A stretch of DNA of 64,000 bases from Leptospiraceae bacterium. GTDB lineage: Bacteria; Spirochaetota; Leptospiria; Leptospirales; Leptonemataceae. A model generated the notes under the pieces. That model did not search any database. It was not told the origin of the DNA and saw only the letters and a list, made by a program, of their open reading frames with translations. How positions within the stretch are numbered: the first letter of the stretch is position 1; each line of letters opens with the position of its first letter. The stretch lies in contig JAVJNR010000001.1 of assembly GCA_040217195.1 (NCBI GenBank), positions 64,001 through 128,000 on the forward strand, written 5' to 3'. The position numbers were made by a program, and so were the translations under genes. Positions 29,211-37,747 of this stretch are shown here, piece by piece.

Positions 29211-29344
29211 TTAATACTCCAGGGCCTATCCAATTTCAGGAAAAGGTAACAGTGCCTTCCACGACGACCTTTTTTCCGGTACAGGGGACTTACTCAATTA
29301 TCGAAGACTACAAACTTCTTCTGCAGTCCTTTAACTCTCAGAGC

Positions 29345-30634
29345 TCAGGCAGATGGCAGTGCTTGAGTTCGCTGCGCTGGCAACCCATTTCGATCGCGGT
29401 TTTCGATTCTCTGCATCCATTCAGGGCCGGCCTTCTGGAAGACTCGGAGCTCTCTCTGACTGGCTGCATTTTCAAGATCTGATACCAGGTCCCGGGAATC
29501 ACCAGCGTATCCTTTCCTGGCCAGACGGTAGAAGTAGGTGTCCAGGGAATTCAGGCGATTCTGCATTCCCAGGGCAAAGTACTCATATCCGGTACTTCTA
29601 CAATGAGACTGCAGCCCGGTACCGCCTCCATCGCTTCCCAGCAGCAGTAGATCGTTCTGCGCAGCCGACCCGGCCAGAGCTACGGCCAGACCAGCCAGGT
29701 TGCCCACAGGATTGGATATGCATTGCCAGTCCTTTTGCTGTTCGGCTGGAAAATCCGATTCGTAGAGTACCTCACTTACTGTAAGAGATCTATGATACCT
29801 GGGTCCTGCAGAATAGGTTAACAGTTTGCAATTCTCATCCAGTTGCCCGGGCGGATACTCCGTGGACTGGGAAAAGGCATACTCTGCCTGAAGTAAATGG
29901 TAGCCGGTGGCCGGCGAAGGATCCACAGATAGTACAAAGTCTGGAATTAATCCTTTTGTCAGGCAAAAGCCAAGTGCCGTATCAGAGCAGAGCAGAATAT
30001 AGAGTCTTCTATATTGCCGTAGCCAGGAAAATGGGGCTGATTCCAGGGCAGGGGCTGCACCAATAAATACAAAGGAGCTGTTTTCAGGCATACGAATGAA
30101 GGTATGCATCTCCTTACTGCGAATTCGGAAGTTCCTGGTCCAGACAGGCATCAATTTCTGGACGGTGTTTTCATTTCTGTCCGGCTGAAATGAGGCCTGG
30201 ATTTCTGGAAAATGTCGCTGGTAGGTCGGCAGAATTCGCACTACAAATTGAGAGGGCGGATTCTGCCAGACTGCAGAATCCAGGTAATGGATATCTTTAC
30301 GTTTGAGTAATTCCTCTAACTTTTTTTCAAGACCGACTCTGGAAGAGTTTCGCAGCTCCCTGCAGGGCTCATAGAGATAAACTGTGTGAGACTGGCAGAG
30401 AGAATCCAGAGCCGGTGTATTGGTAAGGAATGCATCAAGGACATATCCCAGTCCCAGTCCACAAAGCAATAGTGAGCCCCGGGGGCGGCTTTCCCTGGAT
30501 CGAGAGGGGGATGCTAATTCTTCAAGCAGGCGATCTATAAATCGATGCGCTTCTTTCAGGGGGGCTCGGCTGGAATGAATACTGTGGCCGGCAATCTTCA
30601 GTTCAGGGCCAACCGGACCGGGAAGAATTTCCAC
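29345..30634 (-). CDS. MAF/DUF115 (MptE-like) family protein
   Basis: HSSRAPLKEA, GLGLGY, IGAAPAL, SDTA, PDFVLSVDP and LLGSD motifs. GTG start uncertain. Confidence 0.75.
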   Translation of the reverse strand: MEILPGPVGPELKIAGHSIHSSRAPLKEAHRFIDRLLEELASPSRSRESRPRGSLLLCGLGLGYVLDAFLTNTPALDSLCQSHTVYLYEPCRELRNSSRVGLEKKLEELLKRKDIHYLDSAVWQNPPSQFVVRILPTYQRHFPEIQASFQPDRNENTVQKLMPVWTRNFRIRSKEMHTFIRMPENSSFVFIGAAPALESAPFSWLRQYRRLYILLCSDTALGFCLTKGLIPDFVLSVDPSPATGYHLLQAEYAFSQSTEYPPGQLDENCKLLTYSAGPRYHRSLTVSEVLYESDFPAEQQKDWQCISNPVGNLAGLAVALAGSAAQNDLLLLGSDGGGTGLQSHCRSTGYEYFALGMQNRLNSLDTYFYRLARKGYAGDSRDLVSDLENAASQRELRVFQKAGPEWMQRIENRDRNGLPAQRTQALPSA

Positions 30635-30663
30635 CGGTCCTTGGATCTCAGGAAGAGAAAGAC

Positions 30664-31152
30664 TCAGTCGTCCTCTTCCTCCTCATCGGTGTCGCTATCA
30701 TCACTATCATCGTCATCATCAGAATCGTCCGAATCATCATCATCGTCGTCGTCATCATCATCAGAATCGTCTGAATCCTCGGCATCTTCAGTACCTTCAG
30801 AGAGCACATCCACAGGTTCTGTTTCTCCGATTTCATCCAGATCCTCTTCGGAATCATCGGTGACTGGAGCAGCGCTGGTGAGGATATCCATGGCCTCAAT
30901 GCTGTCTTCATCCTGCAATTCTTCTCTGAGTTGCTGCCTGGCTTCATCGGTGATGAAACTATAACGGATCATGTCTTCAGAAAGGGCCATCATGGCCTGA
31001 ACAGCAGGCTTTCGGTTCTTCCATTTACGGGGAATGTCAAGACGCTCAGCCTGATCAATTACCTCAAAGGCAGCCACTGCGGTGGCGTACTTATCGTTGC
31101 GGGTAATCTCTAGAAGTTTAAATATTTCGAATTCGCGGGGTTCTTTTGCCAT
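30664..31152 (-). CDS. rpoZ: RNA polymerase omega-like protein with long Asp/Glu tail
   Basis: NDKYATAVAA...RKPAVQAMMAL...I fits the omega pattern (N/S)RY.LV..A...KP...AL.EI. The last ~70 aa are strongly acidic. Confidence 0.55.
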   Translation of the reverse strand: MAKEPREFEIFKLLEITRNDKYATAVAAFEVIDQAERLDIPRKWKNRKPAVQAMMALSEDMIRYSFITDEARQQLREELQDEDSIEAMDILTSAAPVTDDSEEDLDEIGETEPVDVLSEGTEDAEDSDDSDDDDDDDDDDSDDSDDDDDSDDSDTDEEEEDD

Positions 31153-31230
31153 AGAAAGACCTGAAAGGACGGGCTATGCCATGGGTGGAACGTCCCTTGC
31201 AGGAGTCAACAGGTTTTCCACATAATCCAG

Positions 31231-31301
31231 CATTTGAAGGGCCTGCAGGGTCTTCAAATGCCCTGGCAGATCCCCGCTACCCTGAACGGGGCAGCGGGGA
31301 T
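31231..31301. other. Two adjacent strong inverted repeats between trxB and the omega-like gene
   Basis: CATTTGAAG...CTTCAAATG (31231-31260) and ATCCCCGCT...AGCGGGGAT (31270-31301); no clear U-tract. Confidence 0.5.
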
Positions 31302-31358
31302 TAAGAGAAATTCCATGCTTATCTTAGAGTTATGGGGACAGGATGGATTGCTTGCGCA

Positions 31359-32321
31359 CTATTCCTGTTCGGAAAGCCAGCGTTCTGCTTCCAGAGCCGC
31401 CATACATCCGGAGCCAGCCGCCGTAACGGCCTGTCTGTATTTCTTATCCTGAACATCGCCCGCGGCATAAACGCCTTCTATGTTGGTCTGGGTGGTTCCA
31501 GGTACTGTTTTGATATAGCCTTCTTCATCCAGGTCAATTTGACCTACGAAAGGATCTGTATTGGGTTTGTGGCCGATGGCAAAAAACAGACCTCCCACAT
31601 CCAGGGTCTTTGAGCTTCCATCCTTCACATTCTTTACCTGAATGGTGCGGATTTGCTTATCATCCCCTTCAGCGGCTTCTATGACACTGTTCCAGAGCAT
31701 TTCCACTTTAGGATGTTCCACCAGTCGTTTGGCCATAATGGCTGAAGCTCTCAGTTCATCTCTTCTATGAACCACATAAACGGTGGAGCCATATTTAGTA
31801 AGATAGGTGGCTTCCTCGGCCGCTGAATCGCCGCCACCGATGACCGCAAGCGGTACATCCCGGAAAATAGGCAATGCGCCATCACATACAGCACAGGCGG
31901 AGATGCCTTTTTGCCAGTAGTTATCCTTACCCGGAATTTCTAGGGTCTTGGCGGTGGCTCCGGTGCTAATAATGACAGATCGTGCCAGAATGGGATCCTT
32001 ATCTTCTTTGTATTGCGGCCAGAGCTTGAATGGTCGTTGGGAAAGATCTACTTTTGCAATGGTTTCTGTGATGATCCTGGTTCCGAACCGAACGGACTGA
32101 GCGCGCATTTTATCCATTAGCTCTGGTCCTGAAATCCCTTCCGGGAAGCCCGGGAAGTTCTCTACATCTGTGGTTGTGGTTAGCTGTCCGCCAGCTGCAA
32201 TTCCTCCGGCCATAAAGCCTTCATAGAGTACAGGCTTTAGTTCAGCGCGGGCTGCGTATATGGCGGCCGTATGGGCGGCGGGGCCGCTTCCGATGATGAC
32301 TACATTATGTATCTCTGACAT
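31359..32321 (-). CDS. trxB: Thioredoxin reductase
   Basis: [32 protein letters not shown] and AAGDV motifs. Confidence 0.97.
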   Translation of the reverse strand: MSEIHNVVIIGSGPAAHTAAIYAARAELKPVLYEGFMAGGIAAGGQLTTTTDVENFPGFPEGISGPELMDKMRAQSVRFGTRIITETIAKVDLSQRPFKLWPQYKEDKDPILARSVIISTGATAKTLEIPGKDNYWQKGISACAVCDGALPIFRDVPLAVIGGGDSAAEEATYLTKYGSTVYVVHRRDELRASAIMAKRLVEHPKVEMLWNSVIEAAEGDDKQIRTIQVKNVKDGSSKTLDVGGLFFAIGHKPNTDPFVGQIDLDEEGYIKTVPGTTQTNIEGVYAAGDVQDKKYRQAVTAAGSGCMAALEAERWLSEQE

Positions 32322-32406
32322 GTGTATAGAAAGTGTGTCCGAGCCTCTGTCGTCACCGGTTTTTTATTTTCCTTTTGCTTTCCCGGCCATTTCCAAGATT
32401 GTCCTT

Positions 32407-32766
32407 GTGAAACCCCGGATCTGGACTCTGTCCGAAGTAAGAAAGGCATTACCTGAAATTAAACGGATTACCAATGAAGCTAGAAATCAGTTCGAAGAAG
32501 CAGAGAAGCGAATTCGAACTGATATCATGCCGGAAAATGTCCAGGAAGAGCAGGAAGCAAAACTTCAGGAGATCATGGCCGCCTGGGCTATGAGTATCAT
32601 GGAACTTGGTGTCGAAGTGAAGGGCCCCTGGCTTGTGGACTTTGATCATGGTACCGGTTACTATTGCTGGCATCATGGAGAGGATGAATTATCCTTCGAG
32701 CATGGATACGATGAGGGTTTTGCAGGTCGTCGCCCTATTATAGAAGACAACCTGGAGGATCTGTAA
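32407..32766 (+). CDS. DUF2203 family protein
   Basis: WTLSEVRKALP...GVEVKG..LVDF...YYCWHHGE...HGYDEGFAGRRPI. GTG start at 32407; the upstream part of the track ORF overlaps trxB. Confidence 0.85.
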   Translation: MKPRIWTLSEVRKALPEIKRITNEARNQFEEAEKRIRTDIMPENVQEEQEAKLQEIMAAWAMSIMELGVEVKGPWLVDFDHGTGYYCWHHGEDELSFEHGYDEGFAGRRPIIEDNLEDL

Positions 32767-32867
32767 AAAAGATGACCGGTCTATCATTTCGCATAGAGTC
32801 AATGCTCAGCCAGAATCAGCGGGCGTTGGTCATGCAGAGCCGGTGATCGAAGGAGCGGAGGGTAATC

Positions 32868-33341
32868 GTGAGCATAGAAACAGGATCTAAAGTAAAGAAT
32901 CAAAGCGTGGTTCTGGAAGATGGAAGCAAGAAGAAGTTAAAGGAACTACTGGGGAAAAAAGGAATGGTTCTGTATTTCTACCCCAGGGACAATACTCCAG
33001 GTTGTACAAAAGAGGCCTGTTCCTTTCGTGATCATAATTCTGATATCAAAAAGCTGGGATACAGCATTGTAGGCGTGAGCGCAGACTCCGTAGAATCGCA
33101 CCAGAAATTTATCGCCAGGCAATCTATTAACTTTCCTCTGATTTCCGATGAGTCCACGGAGCTGTGCGAACAATTCGGAGTGTGGAAAGAAAAGAATATG
33201 TATGGAAAGAAGTTCATGGGTATTCAGCGTGCAACCTTCCTGCTGGATTCCAATCTGAAAATAATTCATGCCTGGCCAAAAGTTAAAGTAGATAACCATA
33301 CCAGAGAAATTATGGAAGTAATCAAGGGAGTGGGAAAATGA
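32868..33341 (+). CDS. bcp: Thioredoxin-dependent thiol peroxidase (Bcp/PrxQ)
   Basis: LYFYPRDNTPGCTKEAC motif; GGAGG SD. Confidence 0.95.
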   Translation: MSIETGSKVKNQSVVLEDGSKKKLKELLGKKGMVLYFYPRDNTPGCTKEACSFRDHNSDIKKLGYSIVGVSADSVESHQKFIARQSINFPLISDESTELCEQFGVWKEKNMYGKKFMGIQRATFLLDSNLKIIHAWPKVKVDNHTREIMEVIKGVGK

Positions 33342-35032
33342 CCGTTCGTTTTGAAGAAAATCCAATCAAGTTTAGCGTGGCCGACCAGTCTTCCATGGAT
33401 CGAGTGACTACGATCCTGCCAGTTCTGGAGAAAACAGAGGCTGATACAATCACAGCATTCTTGAGAAAGCCCGAAATGAGGGAACGACTACAGAGGCAAC
33501 TTTCCCAGGGTACCTTTTCGGGGAAAAATGGCTCCGTTCTGGACATCAGTGGAGAGGGCCTGATTCTAATCGGTGTTGGCAAAGCAGAAAGCTTTCATCC
33601 AGATAATCTACATTCCTCATTGCTGAAGTTCGCATCCAAATTGAAAGATTGCGAAAATAAGAAATGGATACTGGCATTTTCGCAGGAAATGGTACAGGCT
33701 ATGGATGACTATGGTGCACTTTACAGCAACCCTGAACTGGATCCGTTGCTTGCACCTCGAGCCACCCGTGAAGTGAAACATCTTAAGAAGACCACACGAG
33801 GCGGATCAGCGGCCACCAAAGAATCAGATTCAGAGCCGGCCTATCCAGATTTTCGCGGTCCCTATGATTGGTCCGAGGCTGTTAATCAGTCCGTAGCAGC
33901 AATGTGCATTGGGATAGATTCAATGGATCTTCTTAAAAAAAGCAGGCAGAAGGCGGCTCGTCCTACGGGAAAAAGCAACTCTCCCTCCATAGAAGTAGCC
34001 ATTCATGTAAACGGTGCTGATCGATCGGCAGTGCGAGAAGGAATCAAGAAAGGAGAAATTCTGGCTCGCTGTGTAAATGGAGCTCGAAGAATTGCAGCCA
34101 TGCCAGGCAATCACATGGATCCGGCTCAATTCGAACAATATGTTCGGGGGCTGGCCAGAGATACTGGATTAAAGATCAAAGTATTCCAGGCCGCTCAGCT
34201 GGAAAAGATGGGATGCGGTGGTATTATCGCAGTTGGCAAGGGTTCGGCCATTCCACCTAGAATGATTGCTCTGGAATACACCCCTACCAGAACCAGAATT
34301 TCCGGAAAGCTGGCCCTGGTAGGTAAAGGAATCACTTTCGACACCGGTGGAATTTCTTTGAAGCCGCCAGGCGAAATGCATGAAATGAAATTTGATATGT
34401 GTGGAGCCGCGCTTGCTGTACATGCAATTGCCAGTGCTGCACTGCGAAAGCTACCCATGTCCGTTGTAGCATTGATTGGCCTGGCTGAGAATATGCCTGA
34501 TGGAAATGCAATCAAACCCGGGGATGTCTATACAGCTTACAATGGAACAACGGTGGAGATTCAAAATACAGATGCAGAGGGTAGACTGGTTCTTGGTGAT
34601 GTTTTATCCTACACATGCAAGCACTATAATCCAACCATACTGATGGATTTTGCCACGTTGACCGGTGCCTGCGTCATCGCTCTGGGACATGAGGCCACGG
34701 CAGTTCTCACAGGTTCCGATGCTCTGGCCGGTCGTATCGATACTGCCTCGCGAAAATCCCTGGAGAGATCCTGGAGAATGCCTCACTGGCAAATCTATGA
34801 TGAAGGCCTGAAGTCCGATATCGCAGATACACGAAACATAGCCGGTCGTCCGGCAGGAACGGTTACGGCTATGAGATTTCTTTCCGGATTTGTGGATCCA
34901 CATATTCCCTGGGCTCATTTTGACATAGCTGGCACTGCCTGGAGAGGCAATGTTAAAGGCGGTCAGCCCAGGGGTGCAACAGGCTGGGGGGTTCGTCTGA
35001 TTCATCAATTTATGGAAGACCTGGTGAGTTGA
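33338..35032 (+). CDS. pepA: Leucyl aminopeptidase (M17)
   Basis: GKGITFDTGG, MKFDM, NTDAEGRL and ATLTGA motifs. Confidence 0.95.
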   Translation: MTVRFEENPIKFSVADQSSMDRVTTILPVLEKTEADTITAFLRKPEMRERLQRQLSQGTFSGKNGSVLDISGEGLILIGVGKAESFHPDNLHSSLLKFASKLKDCENKKWILAFSQEMVQAMDDYGALYSNPELDPLLAPRATREVKHLKKTTRGGSAATKESDSEPAYPDFRGPYDWSEAVNQSVAAMCIGIDSMDLLKKSRQKAARPTGKSNSPSIEVAIHVNGADRSAVREGIKKGEILARCVNGARRIAAMPGNHMDPAQFEQYVRGLARDTGLKIKVFQAAQLEKMGCGGIIAVGKGSAIPPRMIALEYTPTRTRISGKLALVGKGITFDTGGISLKPPGEMHEMKFDMCGAALAVHAIASAALRKLPMSVVALIGLAENMPDGNAIKPGDVYTAYNGTTVEIQNTDAEGRLVLGDVLSYTCKHYNPTILMDFATLTGACVIALGHEATAVLTGSDALAGRIDTASRKSLERSWRMPHWQIYDEGLKSDIADTRNIAGRPAGTVTAMRFLSGFVDPHIPWAHFDIAGTAWRGNVKGGQPRGATGWGVRLIHQFMEDLVS

Positions 35033-35066
35033 GATAGCTCCCACCAGGAATAGACTTTCTTCTCAG

Positions 35067-35100
35067 GGGCCGCCGAAGTATGGGTGGCCCTTTTCATTTT
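35067..35100 (+). terminator. Intrinsic terminator after pepA
   Basis: GGGCCGCC...GGTGGCCC followed by TTTTCATTTT. Confidence 0.7.
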
Positions 35101-35347
35101 CGTGCATCAACTATGCAGGCTCAGTATCCATGGTTTCTTCGGGATAGGTGCTAACTCCAGGTCGCTTCACACTTTGATGGATCTTGATCTTTGCTCAATT
35201 GTGAATAATCTATTACCTGCAAACAGGAATAATGTCAAACGCATGGCTGTGGAGCCTGCGAATCGGTTTAATACGGTATCCAAAAATTCCTATTCTGTGC
35301 AGGAATTCGATTCCTTCTAAAAAGGTATTTGAAATCTATCGGGCGGT

Positions 35348-35806
35348 TTGGAGATTCAATGCGTGACCCTTCGCTGGCAACAATTTGTTGCGAGTCTCCT
35401 GGTATGCCTGCTGGGTGTCTCGTTTTCAGGCTATACAGTCTGCCATGATGTCTGGAAAGAATCCCGGACTGGTTGGACTATAATTAACGTAGCACAGACT
35501 GATCCATTGGAGGTTACACAGAACGATTCCGGGCCTGGCTTTCAAAATAGTACGGCTTTCTCCGAATACTTCCAATCCAGAGGCTGCCAGGATAGGCATT
35601 GCATGCCGGAAAGCTTCCTGGATCATTTGCTGGAAAAGGGCGGATCGATCTGGAAAGCTACATCTGCACTTCTCATTTTTCAATCTGTAGAATCCTGTTT
35701 TGAACTGGATTTGATGCAGGTTTCTACCATTAATCCAGCACATAGAACTATCCAGGTCTCCATTCGCCGACTGCTTCCTCCCTCCCATGCTCCTCCTGCT
35801 GCATAA
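35348..35806 (+). CDS. Putative secreted leader / translation-arrest peptide (CutF/CruR-like) of the metal efflux operon
   Basis: N-terminal signal-like segment, Cys/His residues, C-terminal LLPPSHAPPAA; 29 nt upstream of the TolC start. Start may be the GTG at 35363. Confidence 0.65.
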   Translation: MEIQCVTLRWQQFVASLLVCLLGVSFSGYTVCHDVWKESRTGWTIINVAQTDPLEVTQNDSGPGFQNSTAFSEYFQSRGCQDRHCMPESFLDHLLEKGGSIWKATSALLIFQSVESCFELDLMQVSTINPAHRTIQVSIRRLLPPSHAPPAA

Positions 35807-35831
35807 AGGCACAAACCCTTTTGCAGGAGGA
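35791..35831 (+). promoter_or_regulatory. SD-sequestering hairpin (anti-SD TCCTCCTGC : SD GCAGGAGGA)
   Basis: 35791-35799 is the exact reverse complement of 35823-35831; inner stem AAAGG/CCTTT. Confidence 0.75.
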
Positions 35832-35835
35832 AAAA

Positions 35836-37134
35836 TTGAAACCATTAACCATTCGATATTTAATTCCATTGACCGGTCTATTCGCTTTCGCAGGATTCTT
35901 ATCCAACTTAAGTGCAGAGGACTCACCGGATAAACAATCCATCGAGAGTCCGGAGTGCCCGCTCAACGGTCCGTCAGATGCACTTAAGTGCGCTTTGAAC
36001 AGAAATCCAGAAGTGCTTCATGCCAGAATGCGCTTTCAGGAAAGTCAGGCAACAAAGGACATTGCCGATAACGTACCCAATCCATCTCTGGCCGGGCAGT
36101 ACATGTTTTCTTCGGGCGAAGCGGAACTGGAATACAGGCATGTGATCGAACTGGGTGATAGAAGGGAACTTAGAACCAGAGAAGCAGATGCTGAGATTCG
36201 CTTGCGAGCCCTGGAACTGGAGATGGCCAGGCAGGATACCATTCTAAGCACAGTCATGGCCCTCTATCAGCTAGAACATATACAAGAAGAGTTGAAGTAC
36301 CTGAACGAAACCATCCAGGCCTTTAATGCAGCCATATATCGATTGTATCGACTGCCCAGCCGGGATGCGAATCAGAATACAAGTCTATTTACATATCTAA
36401 TGGCCCGGGATTCCCTTCGGCAGCAAAAACTGGAAGCCCAGGACCGATGGAATCAGATCAGACGTAATCTGGAAGTTAAACTGGGCCGCTCCCTGGATGA
36501 CCAGGATCTTTCGCGAATCGCAGCGGGACATCCTCAAAAATGGCCGGCTATATCTGAAGATTTCGGGAAGTCCCTGGAACAGGCCCATGCCAGTCAGGAA
36601 GTTTCCCGGGCAACCTATAGCCATCGATTGGAGTCCAGTCGTATCTGGCCGGACATAACCATCGGTCCCAGGATTTCGCTTCAGAAATCTCAGTCCGGTG
36701 GATTTTATTCCAGAGAACGTAGCAGCAAAGAATTAGGACTGAGCTTCTCGGTGACTCTTCCTCTGTACAACCAGTATACCGGTGAGCAGGACAGGGCCCG
36801 TGCCCGGGAACACTCGAGCGAAATCCAGAAGGAGAGAACAGATCGGGGCATTCAAAGCGAATACAGGTACATCGTTCGTTCTTACAGACAACATGTCAGT
36901 GGCCTCAAAACTTCGCCCACAATGCGTATCCTCGAAGGAAGAAGGTATGCCGTTCTGGGTTATCTTCGTCGAGGCCTGTTGAGCCCGGCCCTGTTGGTTG
37001 AATTTCATAGAACCTACGGAGAACACGTGCATCAGTACCATGCAGCACAGCTAAGAGCTTTGAGCATGCTCTGGAGAAGCTATGCTCTAACAGGGAGAAT
37101 CCTGGATGAAGAGATTATCGAAAGTATTAAATAA
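35836..37134 (+). CDS. TolC/CzcC-family outer membrane efflux protein
   Basis: Signal peptide, ALNRNPEV, PNPSL, WPDITIG and SVTLPLYN OEP-type motifs. AGGAGG SD before the TTG at 35836. Confidence 0.85.
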   Translation: MKPLTIRYLIPLTGLFAFAGFLSNLSAEDSPDKQSIESPECPLNGPSDALKCALNRNPEVLHARMRFQESQATKDIADNVPNPSLAGQYMFSSGEAELEYRHVIELGDRRELRTREADAEIRLRALELEMARQDTILSTVMALYQLEHIQEELKYLNETIQAFNAAIYRLYRLPSRDANQNTSLFTYLMARDSLRQQKLEAQDRWNQIRRNLEVKLGRSLDDQDLSRIAAGHPQKWPAISEDFGKSLEQAHASQEVSRATYSHRLESSRIWPDITIGPRISLQKSQSGGFYSRERSSKELGLSFSVTLPLYNQYTGEQDRARAREHSSEIQKERTDRGIQSEYRYIVRSYRQHVSGLKTSPTMRILEGRRYAVLGYLRRGLLSPALLVEFHRTYGEHVHQYHAAQLRALSMLWRSYALTGRILDEEIIESIK

Positions 37135-37696
37135 TAGGTTCTGCAGAACTACTTACAGGAATGGTTGGATTCCTTTTCTCAAATTGACCATTGTTCTACA
37201 GTGCATCGCTTTTCTGATCCTACCGGGCTGCAAAGGACAATACCAGCAATCCGATTCCGGGAAATCCACGGAGGATAGCCAGAAGATATCGCAGCCACAG
37301 GATAGTCATGGCCATTCTCATTCCGGACATGGACAGTCCCGAAATACTGGAAAGGACATGGCCATTATTGAAGCTGATGAAAGTCGAGGCATTATCCTGG
37401 CTGCGAAAGCCATTAAAACCTGCAATATTCGATTCTCCAGTCCGGGCGCTTACGGTTTGGAAGATTTACCGGCCACTTCCCATGTTCGGACAGGTCAGGC
37501 CATACTTGTTTACGTAAGGATCAGTAACCGGATCTTTCCAGTGCTTATTTCAGGCACCATCGATGGGATCCCGGGACTTCGCTCTAAAGGTGAGGTGCCT
37601 TTCGCAGAGGTTGAAGTCGTTATTCTAAACGCAGATTTAACTCATCTGGGCTACCTGGAAGCATTTGGTGCCTCGGGTTCAGGTCATGGTCACTGA
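37106..37696 (+). CDS. Short His-rich lipoprotein in the adaptor (CzcB) position
   Basis: Lipobox-like ILPGC, HGHSHSGHG, LPATSHV...VYV and C-terminal GHGH. Lies between TolC and the RND pump. Confidence 0.65.
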   Translation: MKRLSKVLNNRFCRTTYRNGWIPFLKLTIVLQCIAFLILPGCKGQYQQSDSGKSTEDSQKISQPQDSHGHSHSGHGQSRNTGKDMAIIEADESRGIILAAKAIKTCNIRFSSPGAYGLEDLPATSHVRTGQAILVYVRISNRIFPVLISGTIDGIPGLRSKGEVPFAEVEVVILNADLTHLGYLEAFGASGSGHGH

Positions 37697-37747
37697 TGAA
37701 CCTGGACCTGCGATTCATTGTTCCATCACTTTCAATCAGGAGATTTC

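Noticed and set aside
32260..32406. N-terminal extension of the DUF2203 ORF (likewise 26715-26849, 37718-37747 and 42062-42211)
   Set aside because: These overlap neighbouring genes or regulatory DNA; downstream starts have a better SD or domain boundary.
35100..35340. Possible minus-strand sRNA or ORF between pepA and the leader gene (TTGACA at ~35253-35258)
   Set aside because: No convincing -10, no minus-strand terminator with U-tract and no recognisable RNA family. The 78-aa plus-strand ORF starts inside the pepA terminator.
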